Source of the DNA: Dehalococcoidales bacterium
GTDB taxonomy: Bacteria; Chloroflexota; Dehalococcoidia; Dehalococcoidales; RBG-16-60-22
Length of the DNA stretch: 25,442 nucleotides
NCBI GenBank assembly: GCA_030639445.1
Contig: DAOWCR010000001.1
Span: 1-25,442 of the forward strand
Direction of reading: 5' to 3'
Below are positions 8,153 through 15,966 of the stretch, piece after piece. Made by a program: the position numbers and the translations under genes. A model generated the notes under the pieces. That model was not told the DNA's origin, did not search any database, and saw only the letters and a program-made list of their open reading frames with translations. How positions within the stretch are numbered: the stretch's first letter is position 1; each line of letters opens with the position of its first letter.

Positions 8153-9253
8153 CTACGGGCGGAATTTCCTGGCCTCATCCACCATCGCCAGGACGTTCTC
8201 CACGGGCACGTCGGGCAGGATGGTATGGTCGCCTCCCAGAATGTAACCGCCTCCCTTGCCCAGCACCCGGAGCCGCTCCCGAACCTCGGCGCGGACATCT
8301 TCCGGCGTGCCGAACGGCAGGGTGCGCTGGCTGTTGATAGCCCCGTAAAAGGTGATATCCTGCCCGTATTCCCGCTTTAATACCTCGGGTTCGTTGCCCA
8401 CCAGGTGCACCTGGACCGTCTCCCAGACATCCATGCCGATGTCAATCAGGTCAGGCATAACCTCCCGGAAGGTGCCGCAGCAGTGGAACCATACCTTAAC
8501 GCCATATCCTTTGGCCAAGGCAAAGAGTTTACGATAGGTCGGTTTCAGGAACCGGCGCCATTGCTCGGGCGATATCATGATGCCTCGATGGGTGGCGAAA
8601 TCGTCCCCGAACCAGAAAATATCGGCTACCCCTTTAGTAGCTTCCAGACAACGGCGGCCGAGTTCCAGATAGAACTCCTCAATGTGAGCTATGGCAGCCT
8701 CGATTATTTCCGGCTCGGTGCGCAGCTTGACCAGCGCTTCTTCCAGGCCGAACAGCTCAAATAACATGCAGATAAGCGGCAGCCAGTTACCACGGACTCT
8801 GACCGCATCACGGCGGGCCATGCCTTCCGACTGGATGGCATACCGGATGCCGGTGCAGCGCGCTTTCTCCGGAATATTCCTTAAAGCCTGAGCCGTGATT
8901 TCACAGTCAAAATCAGCCGGGTCGGGCCAGGTAAAACGCTCAATATCCGCTACCGATGTTGCCCCGGCCAGGGGGTAACCCCCGCGCACCTGGCTGTAGC
9001 CGCTGCCTTTATAGCCCATGATATCCAGTCCAGTCCCCCATATGCTGAGGCCGAGCTTCGCATTCGGGCCGTGGTAAACGGGAGGAACAATCTGGAGGTC
9101 CAGGCCCAGCTTATCGCGCAGGGCGGACTCATCTTTGACCGCAAAATGGCCAAGCCATCGCTCAACACCTTCAAACCCCATAATGTGAACCGGAGTGGTC
9201 TCGGGTGGAACGTGATTGATGGCTTTTAAGATTCTCTCCCGTGATGTTTCCAT
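8153..9253 (-). CDS. Uroporphyrinogen decarboxylase / MtaA-CmuA (MT2)-like family protein
   Basis: SRERILKAINH, WPDP, LFGLEEAL, GDDF, WFHCCG, ETVQ, YGAINSQ, GGGYILGGDHTI. Confidence 0.85.
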   Translation of the reverse strand: METSRERILKAINHVPPETTPVHIMGFEGVERWLGHFAVKDESALRDKLGLDLQIVPPVYHGPNAKLGLSIWGTGLDIMGYKGSGYSQVRGGYPLAGATSVADIERFTWPDPADFDCEITAQALRNIPEKARCTGIRYAIQSEGMARRDAVRVRGNWLPLICMLFELFGLEEALVKLRTEPEIIEAAIAHIEEFYLELGRRCLEATKGVADIFWFGDDFATHRGIMISPEQWRRFLKPTYRKLFALAKGYGVKVWFHCCGTFREVMPDLIDIGMDVWETVQVHLVGNEPEVLKREYGQDITFYGAINSQRTLPFGTPEDVRAEVRERLRVLGKGGGYILGGDHTILPDVPVENVLAMVDEARKFRP

Positions 9254-9286
9254 AGAAACAACCTCCCGTCTCAGTCGTCGTGGGCT

Positions 9287-9315
9287 ATGTTACGCCCCTG
9301 TTCGGCAGCTGTCAA
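9287..9315 (-). promoter_or_regulatory. Promoter of the uroD-like/aminoacylase operon
   Basis: TTGACA (9315-9310), 17 nt, TAACAT (9292-9287). Confidence 0.6.
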
Positions 9316-9344
9316 GCTAAATAATCAGTGCCCGCAATTAGAGT

Positions 9345-10580
9345 TTAAGTCAGACCGGGGGTGACCGCTTTCGCCTTCTTGAGCATCAGGGTAATTAGCA
9401 CCGCGGCCAGACTGGCTACGGCGGCAATAATAAAGGCCATCTGGTAGCTCTGCGTCATGTCGAAGATTTGCCCCGCCGCCCAGGCACCCAGAGCGCCGCC
9501 TACGGTGGCACCGAACACCACGGTGCCCACCAGTGTCGCCACCGCCCGCAGTCCGAAGAAACGGCCCACCAGCACCGGCATCTGAGGCACCTCGCCGCCG
9601 TAGGCGAACCCGAAGACGATAGCGAAGAGATAGAACGTCCACAGCTCACCGGCAAAGATGAAAAAGACGAGGGCCGCCGTCAGTATGGTGCAGCAGATTA
9701 ACAGGGCATTATTACCGCCAATCCGGTCAGACGCGGTGCCCATTAGTAGCCGTCCGACAAAGCTGCCGACGCCGATGATACTGATGAAAGTAGCCGCGAT
9801 GAGGGAAGTAATCCCGATGTCAGTGGCGTAATTGACCAGGTGCACCATCACCACCTGCAGGCAGAAATTAAAGAGAAAGAAAATGGCAAAAAGCATCCAC
9901 AGCGGCCGGTGGCGGGCGGCCACTTTCATGCTCACCCCGGCTTCGGAAGTGACGACGGGAGGCATGTCCGGTCCGTTCCCACCGGAGGAGCGGCGTGGTA
10001 TATCGCCAGGGGGGCGCCGCAGGAAAAGAGCGCCCGGAATCATCACCACCCAGCTAGCCACGCCCAGCACAAAGTAGGCCGTGGACCAGCCGAAGGCGGC
10101 GATGAGACGCTCGGCGGCCGGTATCAGAAGTAAAGTGCCCAGGCCGACACCGCTGGTGACGATACCCAGGGCCAGCCCGCGGCGCTTGATGAACCAGCGA
10201 GCCGTGGTCGCCATGCTCGTCGTGTAATGCACGCTCAGGCCAATGCCCACCACCAGTCCATAGGTCACGTACATCTGCCACAGGGCATTAATCCGGCTGG
10301 TCAGGACCAGCCCCAGTCCGGCCACGAAACCGCCGAACATCATCACCCTGGCCGGGCCAAACCTGTCCACCAGCCATCCCATGACGATGGCGAAGCCGCC
10401 GGTGGTGAGCATAAACAGAGAGTAGACTCCTGAGGTAGCGGCGCGACTCCAGCCAAAATCAGCGATTAAATGCTTGAAGAAGACGCCGTAGCTATACATT
10501 ATGCCGGCATTCATCACCAGCATTACCGCACAGGTAACAACGATAACCCAGCCATAAAAAAATAACGGTCTTTTGACCAC
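9345..10580 (-). CDS. MFS transporter (OFA/monocarboxylate-like)
   Basis: GTG start; FFYGWVIV, GWLVDRFGPAR motif A, ARWFIKRRGLALG, SDRIG; about 12 hydrophobic segments. Confidence 0.92.
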   Translation of the reverse strand: MVKRPLFFYGWVIVVTCAVMLVMNAGIMYSYGVFFKHLIADFGWSRAATSGVYSLFMLTTGGFAIVMGWLVDRFGPARVMMFGGFVAGLGLVLTSRINALWQMYVTYGLVVGIGLSVHYTTSMATTARWFIKRRGLALGIVTSGVGLGTLLLIPAAERLIAAFGWSTAYFVLGVASWVVMIPGALFLRRPPGDIPRRSSGGNGPDMPPVVTSEAGVSMKVAARHRPLWMLFAIFFLFNFCLQVVMVHLVNYATDIGITSLIAATFISIIGVGSFVGRLLMGTASDRIGGNNALLICCTILTAALVFFIFAGELWTFYLFAIVFGFAYGGEVPQMPVLVGRFFGLRAVATLVGTVVFGATVGGALGAWAAGQIFDMTQSYQMAFIIAAVASLAAVLITLMLKKAKAVTPGLT

Positions 10581-10640
10581 TATAAAACCTTTCTACTGAG
10601 TCAAGTGATATTGAGCCGCCACCGCCGCCGGTCAAATCAA

Positions 10641-10669
10641 AGTCTACCCCACAGGCCCGCTTTCGTCAA
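10641..10669 (-). promoter_or_regulatory. Promoter of the minus-strand MFS gene
   Basis: TTGACG (10669-10664), 17 nt, TAGACT (10646-10641). Confidence 0.6.
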
Positions 10670-10699
10670 CCACACCGCGGGCAGACTCCTTCTCCAAAA

Positions 10700-10729
10700 T
10701 TGAGTCCGCCTCAGGCCATATGCTATCAT
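10700..10729 (+). promoter_or_regulatory. Promoter of the plus-strand MFS gene
   Basis: TTGAGT (10700-10705), 18 nt, extended -10 TGcTATCAT (10721-10729). Confidence 0.45.
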
Positions 10730-10794
10730 CAGCATTATTAACGGTGTCCCCGGTAGAGACTTAAATCCGGCAGAAAGACTAATAAAGAATATTG

Positions 10795-12087
10795 ATGGAG
10801 AGACGCCCGCGCTTTTTTTACGGATGGATTATCATCGGCATCACCATTGCCAGCATGATGCTAATCTACGGCATCCGGCACTCTTTCCCCGTCTTCTTCC
10901 CCTCGATTCTGGACGAGTTTGGCTGGAGCCGGGGCAGCACCGCCCTGATGCTGTCGCTAAACCTCCTCGTTTACGGCTTCACCGCGCCACTGGCCGGCAG
11001 CCTGGGTGACCGCTGGAAGCCGCACCGCATCATGCCCCTAGGCATTTTTATTCTCAGCCTGGCGACGGCCGCCAGCGCCTTCGCCCAGGAGCTATGGCAT
11101 TTCTACCTGCTCATCGGTATCCTGATGCCCATAGGCACTGCCTGCTGCGGCTGGCCCCTCCTGGCGCCGGCGCTGGCCAACTGGTTCCCCAGAAGGCTCG
11201 GCCTGGCCACCGGACTGGGGCAGATCGGGGCCGGCCTCAGCTTCACCTATGGTATGCTCGTCGAATTTGCCATATCCCGGCTAGGATGGCGTTATACCTA
11301 CTTTGTCCTGGCCGGCATACTGGTTGCCGTGCTCCTGCCTCTCCAAAGGTTCTTTTTCCATTACCGCCCGGAGAACAAGGGCCTGAAAGCTTACGGAGCC
11401 GCGGAGCCGTCCGCCTCCAGGGCGCCGACACCGGAGTCAACCGCTACGGAAAACCTTGCCCCGCCGGTCTGGACGCTCGGCAGAGCCATAAGAACCCACC
11501 AGCTATGGTTCCTGATGCTCTCTTATTTTCTTTTCTGGGGTGTCGGCACCTATCTGGTCCTGGCCCATCAGGTGAAATTCGCCGAGGACGTGGGTTACAG
11601 CAGCGCCTTCGCCGCCTCAATTTTTGCGCTTTACGGCATCGCTCTGGTCGCCGGGCAGCTCTCGTCAGGCATATCCGATTTAATCGGTCGCGAAATGACC
11701 ATCACCCTTTCCAATTCCCTGGCCGTCTTTGCTCTGCTTGCCCTCGTCTCGGTTCAGGACACGTCCCAGCCCTGGCTGCTGTATCTCTATGCTATCTGCT
11801 TTGGCTATGGTGGCGGTTTTTTCACCCCCACCGTAACGGCGGGCGCGGCTGACCTCTTCCATGGCCAACACTTCGGCGCCATCGCCGGCCTGTTACTCAC
11901 GGGCATGGGCGTCGGCGGGGTCATCGGCCCATGGCTGGGCGGGTATATCTATGACGTCACCGGTAGCTACTTCAGCGCTTTCGTTCTCTCTATGGCGTGC
12001 TTTGTCTTATCCAGCATCGCCCTCTGGCTCGCCGCGCCCAGAAAAGCCGCCCGATTACGCACCAAAATGGAAAGAATGCTGACATAG
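10795..12087 (+). CDS. MFS transporter (OFA/monocarboxylate-like)
   Basis: FFYGWIII, GSLGDRWKP, NWFPRRLGLATG, SDLIGR, GPWLGGYIYDVTGSY; ATG at 10795 (TTG 10792 in frame). Confidence 0.92.
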   Translation: MERRPRFFYGWIIIGITIASMMLIYGIRHSFPVFFPSILDEFGWSRGSTALMLSLNLLVYGFTAPLAGSLGDRWKPHRIMPLGIFILSLATAASAFAQELWHFYLLIGILMPIGTACCGWPLLAPALANWFPRRLGLATGLGQIGAGLSFTYGMLVEFAISRLGWRYTYFVLAGILVAVLLPLQRFFFHYRPENKGLKAYGAAEPSASRAPTPESTATENLAPPVWTLGRAIRTHQLWFLMLSYFLFWGVGTYLVLAHQVKFAEDVGYSSAFAASIFALYGIALVAGQLSSGISDLIGREMTITLSNSLAVFALLALVSVQDTSQPWLLYLYAICFGYGGGFFTPTVTAGAADLFHGQHFGAIAGLLLTGMGVGGVIGPWLGGYIYDVTGSYFSAFVLSMACFVLSSIALWLAAPRKAARLRTKMERMLT

Positions 12088-12111
12088 CCCGGCCGGATTC
12101 AGGCGCCGGGC
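12087..12111 (+). terminator. GC-rich hairpin after the MFS gene
   Basis: gcccggc (12087-12093) / gccgggc (12105-12111), perfect 7 bp; no U-tract. Confidence 0.3.
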
Positions 12112-12182
12112 AGGTGGCATCCCGCCGCTAAATCTGATAGGATTACTATAATATTAACTTTAACAGAAGGCGGTAGCGGTCA

Positions 12183-13133
12183 ATGAAAAAAGCAGACCAG
12201 ATTAAAAAAGTGGCGGTGGTCGGGGCCGGTCTCATGGGGCACGGCATCGCCCAGGCCTTTGCCCAGGAGGGGTTCCCGGTAATGATTACCGACATATCCG
12301 AACCTGCCCTGGCAGCCGTTAAGGACAAAATACACGCCAACCTGACCACCCTGGCCAAAGGAAAATTAATCAACACCCGCAATGTGGAGCAAGCCCTGGA
12401 TAGAATCTCCATAGCCAGAGACCTGGCGGCCGCGGTCCGCAACGCTGATTTCGTCACCGAAGCCGTGTTTGAAGACCTTGAGGTAAAACAGCAAACTTTC
12501 CAGGAAATGGAGAAGTCCTGTTCCCCGGATACCGTTCTGGCCAGCAATACTTCGTCCATACCGATGACCGACATCGCTGCTCTTATGGCCAGACCGGAAA
12601 GAGCCGTGATAACCCACTGGTTCAATCCGCCGTACCTGGTCCCCCTGGTAGAAATCGTGCTCGGTAAGAGGACCTCCGAAGAAGCCTCCGCCATCGCGAT
12701 TGACCTGCTCACCCGGATAAAGAAGGTGCCGGTCAAAGTCCAGAAGGAGATTCCCGGCTTCCTCATCAACCGCATCCAGGCGGCGATGAACCGGGAAGTG
12801 TATTCCCTGGTAGAAATGGGAGCGGCCAGCGCGGAGGACATTGACCTGGCCATCAAAGCCAGCCTGGGTTTCCGCCTGGCCAGCCTGGGCCCCCTGGTGA
12901 TAAGGGACCTGGCCGGACTGGAGGTAACCTACAAGGTAGAAGGAGACCTTTTACCAGAAATTTATTCCGGCACCACGCTCCCCGATATATTCAAAGAAAA
13001 AATAGACCGGGGAGAGCTGGGCACCAAGACCGGGAAAGGTTTCTTCGAATATACTCCCGAATCGGTAGCGGCCATTATTCAGGAGAGGGACCGACAGTTT
13101 GTCCGCCGCCTGAAAGACCTGTACCGCTCCTGA
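12183..13133 (+). CDS. 3-hydroxyacyl-CoA dehydrogenase family protein
   Basis: VVGAGLMGHGIA, TEAVFEDLEVK, LASNTSS, THWFNPP (catalytic His), PGFLINR, DLAGL, GTKTGKGFFEY. Confidence 0.92.
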   Translation: MKKADQIKKVAVVGAGLMGHGIAQAFAQEGFPVMITDISEPALAAVKDKIHANLTTLAKGKLINTRNVEQALDRISIARDLAAAVRNADFVTEAVFEDLEVKQQTFQEMEKSCSPDTVLASNTSSIPMTDIAALMARPERAVITHWFNPPYLVPLVEIVLGKRTSEEASAIAIDLLTRIKKVPVKVQKEIPGFLINRIQAAMNREVYSLVEMGAASAEDIDLAIKASLGFRLASLGPLVIRDLAGLEVTYKVEGDLLPEIYSGTTLPDIFKEKIDRGELGTKTGKGFFEYTPESVAAIIQERDRQFVRRLKDLYRS

Positions 13134-13179
13134 GAAAAGGTGGCTGCTTCAAGACTAAAGATATTATGGAGGTCAATAT

Positions 13180-13416
13180 ATGGAGGTCGAGGTTATTATG
13201 CCCCGATTGGGCCAGGAGATGACCGAGGGAACTATCGTGGAATGGCTGAAGAAAGAGGGCGACCCGGTAGATAAAGACGAGCCCCTGTTTATGGTAGAAA
13301 CCGAGAAAGCCACCATGGAAGTGGAGTCGGAAGTAGCCGGCGTCCTCAAGAAGATAGTGGTCGGTGAAAGCCAGAAAACCGCGGTGGGCGAAGTGGTGGC
13401 CATAATCGAAACATAA
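13180..13416 (+). CDS. Stand-alone lipoyl-domain protein (78 aa)
   Basis: MPRLGQEMTEGTIVEWLKKEGD...VETEKATMEVES matches E2-type lipoyl domains with the lipoyl-Lys in ETEKA; RBS GGAGG; TAA stop. Confidence 0.88.
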   Translation: MEVEVIMPRLGQEMTEGTIVEWLKKEGDPVDKDEPLFMVETEKATMEVESEVAGVLKKIVVGESQKTAVGEVVAIIET

Positions 13417-13428
13417 GGCTGGCAAGAC

Positions 13429-13456
13429 CGGCTACTTCCCGACCGGGAAGTAGCCG
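13429..13456 (+). terminator. Perfect 12-bp hairpin after the lipoyl gene
   Basis: cggctacttccc-gacc-gggaagtagccg; no immediate U-tract. Confidence 0.55.
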
Positions 13457-13490
13457 CTGGAGACGGGCATTTCTTTATTCTCATCACCAA

Positions 13491-13527
13491 CCCGGTTCTG
13501 GACAACCGGGAGCGCAGGGCTTAGAAT
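13491..13527 (+). promoter_or_regulatory. Promoter of the PAC2 gene with a palindrome around the -35
   Basis: TGGACA (13499-13504), 17 nt, TAGAAT (13522-13527); CCCGGTT-N6-AACCGGG at 13491-13510. Confidence 0.5.
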
Positions 13528-13577
13528 AGATATAGCGGTCTGAGTTGTCATTCAGGGGTTCCGGAGACGAGGACAGG

Positions 13578-14483
13578 ATGGACACATCGGGAAACGTAAT
13601 CATCGCGGAGAGGCCGAAGTTAAGGCGCCCCTATATGGTCTGCGGCCTCAGCGGCTGGGTTGACGGCGGTGAGTCCGCTTCCGGAAGCACCAAATACCTG
13701 ATAAAGAAACTGAAAGCGCAGATATTCGCCGAGATACCCATCGACCGGTTTCATATCTTTCAGATGCCGGGAGAACTTTCCCAGAGGCCCAAAATAAAAA
13801 TTGAGGACGGCCTGCTCAAAGAACACCGTTTCCCCCGAAACCAGTTTTACTACATGGTCAACCCCGATGCCGATAATGACCTGATTCTCTACCTGGGGGT
13901 GGAGCCGAACCTGAACTGGGAAGAGTATGCCGGGGCCATCCTGAGCGTGGCCCACGAGTTCGGCGTGGCCAGAATCTACCTGCTGGGCGGCGTGCTGGAC
14001 AAGACTCCGCACACCAGGGAACCCGGCGTTTCCTGCGCCTGCAGCTCCGCCGAGCTCAGGGAGGAGATGCTGAAATACGGCATACAGTACAGCAATTACG
14101 AAGGGCCGGGCAGTTTCGGCACCACGCTGCTCCATTTCTGCCAGCAAAAGCAGATGCCGATGGCGGCCCTCATTGCCCGGGCCACCTACTACCCCGAGTT
14201 CAATATCATCATTCCCCACAATCCCAAGGCGATAAGGGCCATGGTCAAGAGGTTGGACAGCCTGCTCCGCCTTTACCTGGACATCTCCGACCTTGACCGG
14301 GAAGCGGAAGAGTTCGAAGCCAAGCTCAGCTTTATGGCCAGCCATAATCCCGAGTTCCAGGCTTACGTGACGGAACTGGAAAAGGACTTTACCGAGGTCC
14401 AGTACGAGGAACCGCTGGACATCTCGGCCAGCGAGGCGGTCCGGCTGGCCGAGGAGTTTCTGAGGAAAAAGGACGGAGACTAG
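13578..14483 (+). CDS. PAC2 (proteasome assembly chaperone / DUF75) family protein
   Basis: GLSGWVDGGESAS, GVEPNLNW, LGGVLDKTPHTR, YEGPGS, YVTELEK; ATG 13578 follows GAGGA (TTG 13545 is an alternative start). Confidence 0.85.
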   Translation: MDTSGNVIIAERPKLRRPYMVCGLSGWVDGGESASGSTKYLIKKLKAQIFAEIPIDRFHIFQMPGELSQRPKIKIEDGLLKEHRFPRNQFYYMVNPDADNDLILYLGVEPNLNWEEYAGAILSVAHEFGVARIYLLGGVLDKTPHTREPGVSCACSSAELREEMLKYGIQYSNYEGPGSFGTTLLHFCQQKQMPMAALIARATYYPEFNIIIPHNPKAIRAMVKRLDSLLRLYLDISDLDREAEEFEAKLSFMASHNPEFQAYVTELEKDFTEVQYEEPLDISASEAVRLAEEFLRKKDGD

Positions 14484-14597
14484 CCATTCGCCAGAGTGAA
14501 AAGCCTCTCCCCCAGCTCCTCAATATATCCCCGGTTCTCCAGCCGGTCTCTCCAGTTGACCGGTATCGCTGCCATGCCCAGACTTATCGCCGGTCAT
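14480..14597 (-). pseudogene. Probable 3' remnant of an ADP-ribosylglycohydrolase (DraG/ARH-like) gene
   Basis: Minus frame from 14593 reads PAISLGMAAIPVNWRDRLENRGYIEELGERLFTLANG*, preceded out of frame by ATG ACC GGC (MTG). This resembles the family C-terminal pattern MTGAIxGAYLGxxAIPxxWxxxLExxxxIEELAERL. Confidence 0.5.
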
Positions 14598-14634
14598 CGG
14601 TCAATTATCTCCGGACACATTTCATCGCCGCCAC

Positions 14635-14663
14635 TTGTCCCGAATTTTAGCAAAAGGTAAAAT
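14635..14663 (+). promoter_or_regulatory. Promoter predicting a leaderless transcript
   Basis: TTGTCC (14635-14640), 17 nt, TAAAAT (14658-14663), then 6 nt to ATG 14670; no SD at normal spacing. Confidence 0.5.
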
Positions 14664-14669
14664 GAAACC

Positions 14670-15365
14670 ATGAAAAAGAAGGACGACTCAAAAACGGCGG
14701 CACCACTGGGTAAGATTGAAAAACCGGAAGCAGAGCGCTTCACCGGCAAGAAAAAACTCTATCTTGTCTCCCTGATATTCTCCGGGAAAGAGGCCCCGGC
14801 CGAATACACGGCCAAATTTAATCTTTACTGGGAACAGGCCAGCCAGCACATCGCCAACCTGGAAGCGAAAATAGGCAGGGTAAGCCATGTTTACCATGAA
14901 TCAACTATCCAGGCCGGTGAGAACGGGCTCAAGGCGCTGGATAAGATGAGTCCGGCCAGCGGCCGGATAGCCCGGGGCAAGTGCCAGAACGGCGCGCTTT
15001 TCGAGGCGACCGAAGACAAAGAGCTGGTGGAAGAAAGTATCGACTGGGAGAGGTGCCTCCTCATGGGATTCATCAGCCAGAAGACAGCCCGGACGGTCTC
15101 CGAATTCTATGTCGAAGCCCTGCGGCAGAGGTACGGGCATATTGCCCGAGTAATTGACGAGACCCTGAAGGACAACGAGGTGGGAGTGCTCTTTATCCGG
15201 GAAGGTCACCTGGTACAGTTCCCCCAGGACATAGAGGTGTTCAGCGTCTCACCGCCGGCCCTGGATGATATTCATCGCTGGCAGCGCGACCGTGCTGCGG
15301 CCGAGGAAAAAGAAAAGCCCCAAAATGAAAGCGCCAGTCCGGAAACAGATTCCTCCGGTAGTTGA
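14670..15365 (+). CDS. Hypothetical protein (231 aa, soluble)
   Basis: Long ORF with coding-like GC3, 3 nt from the ybaK start; no family recognised. Confidence 0.75.
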   Translation: MKKKDDSKTAAPLGKIEKPEAERFTGKKKLYLVSLIFSGKEAPAEYTAKFNLYWEQASQHIANLEAKIGRVSHVYHESTIQAGENGLKALDKMSPASGRIARGKCQNGALFEATEDKELVEESIDWERCLLMGFISQKTARTVSEFYVEALRQRYGHIARVIDETLKDNEVGVLFIREGHLVQFPQDIEVFSVSPPALDDIHRWQRDRAAAEEKEKPQNESASPETDSSGS

Positions 15366-15368
15366 GCA

Positions 15369-15824
15369 ATGAACCTGGCAGCATTTTTGGTCAGCCATAA
15401 GGTCTACTTTGAACTTCTAAAGAAAAGACCTACCCGGCATGCCTCCGAGGCCTCTCAGGCCAGCGGCGTGAGGTTGAGTGAAATCGTCAAGACCATTGTC
15501 TTCGTTGACCAGGATGCCCGGCCGGTAATCGCCATAATCAGCGGCGACCGCAGTGTCAGCCGGCATAAGCTGGAACGCTGCTCAAACTCGAAATCGGTCA
15601 GGCTGGCCCCCGATGACATCGCCCAGGCCGCCACCGGCTACCCCACCGGCGGCATACCTCCCGTAGGGCACAAGAAGAAACTGCCGGTATTCCTGGATAG
15701 GGGACTCTTGGGCCAGGAATACGTCTGGTGCGGCGGCGGGGCCCGGTCCAAGCTGGTCAAACTGAAGACCGAAGACATCGTCAGGTTAAACGCCGCTGCG
15801 GTATGTGACCTGTCTACCGAGTAG
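15369..15824 (+). CDS. YbaK/EbsC family aminoacyl-tRNA deacylase
   Basis: IVKTIVF (conserved Lys), ATGYPTGGIPPVG, WCGGG. Confidence 0.88.
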   Translation: MNLAAFLVSHKVYFELLKKRPTRHASEASQASGVRLSEIVKTIVFVDQDARPVIAIISGDRSVSRHKLERCSNSKSVRLAPDDIAQAATGYPTGGIPPVGHKKKLPVFLDRGLLGQEYVWCGGGARSKLVKLKTEDIVRLNAAAVCDLSTE

Positions 15825-15886
15825 GATCGTCCGCCCTTCTGCCGGGTTGAGGACTACGAGCCGGCCCTGGCCTGCGCCCGATATGT

Positions 15887-15927
15887 TTGACTCTAAGGCA
15901 GTGCAAAGCATAAGATAAGCAAAGCAT
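15887..15927 (+). promoter_or_regulatory. Promoter of the PTER-like operon with a direct repeat flanking the -10
   Basis: TTGACT (15887-15892), 18 nt, TAAGAT (15911-15916); GCAAAGCAT at 15903-15911 and 15919-15927. Confidence 0.5.
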
Positions 15928-15966
15928 TATGATGGCCTAACATCGGGTACGGAAGGAGAAGCCAGC

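Noticed and set aside
15822-15890. In-frame 21-codon extension after the ybaK TAG (DRPPFCRVEDYEPALACARYV), possible amber readthrough or gene remnant
   Set aside because: YbaK is already full length, a 21-codon open stretch is common at this GC, and no family match was recognised.
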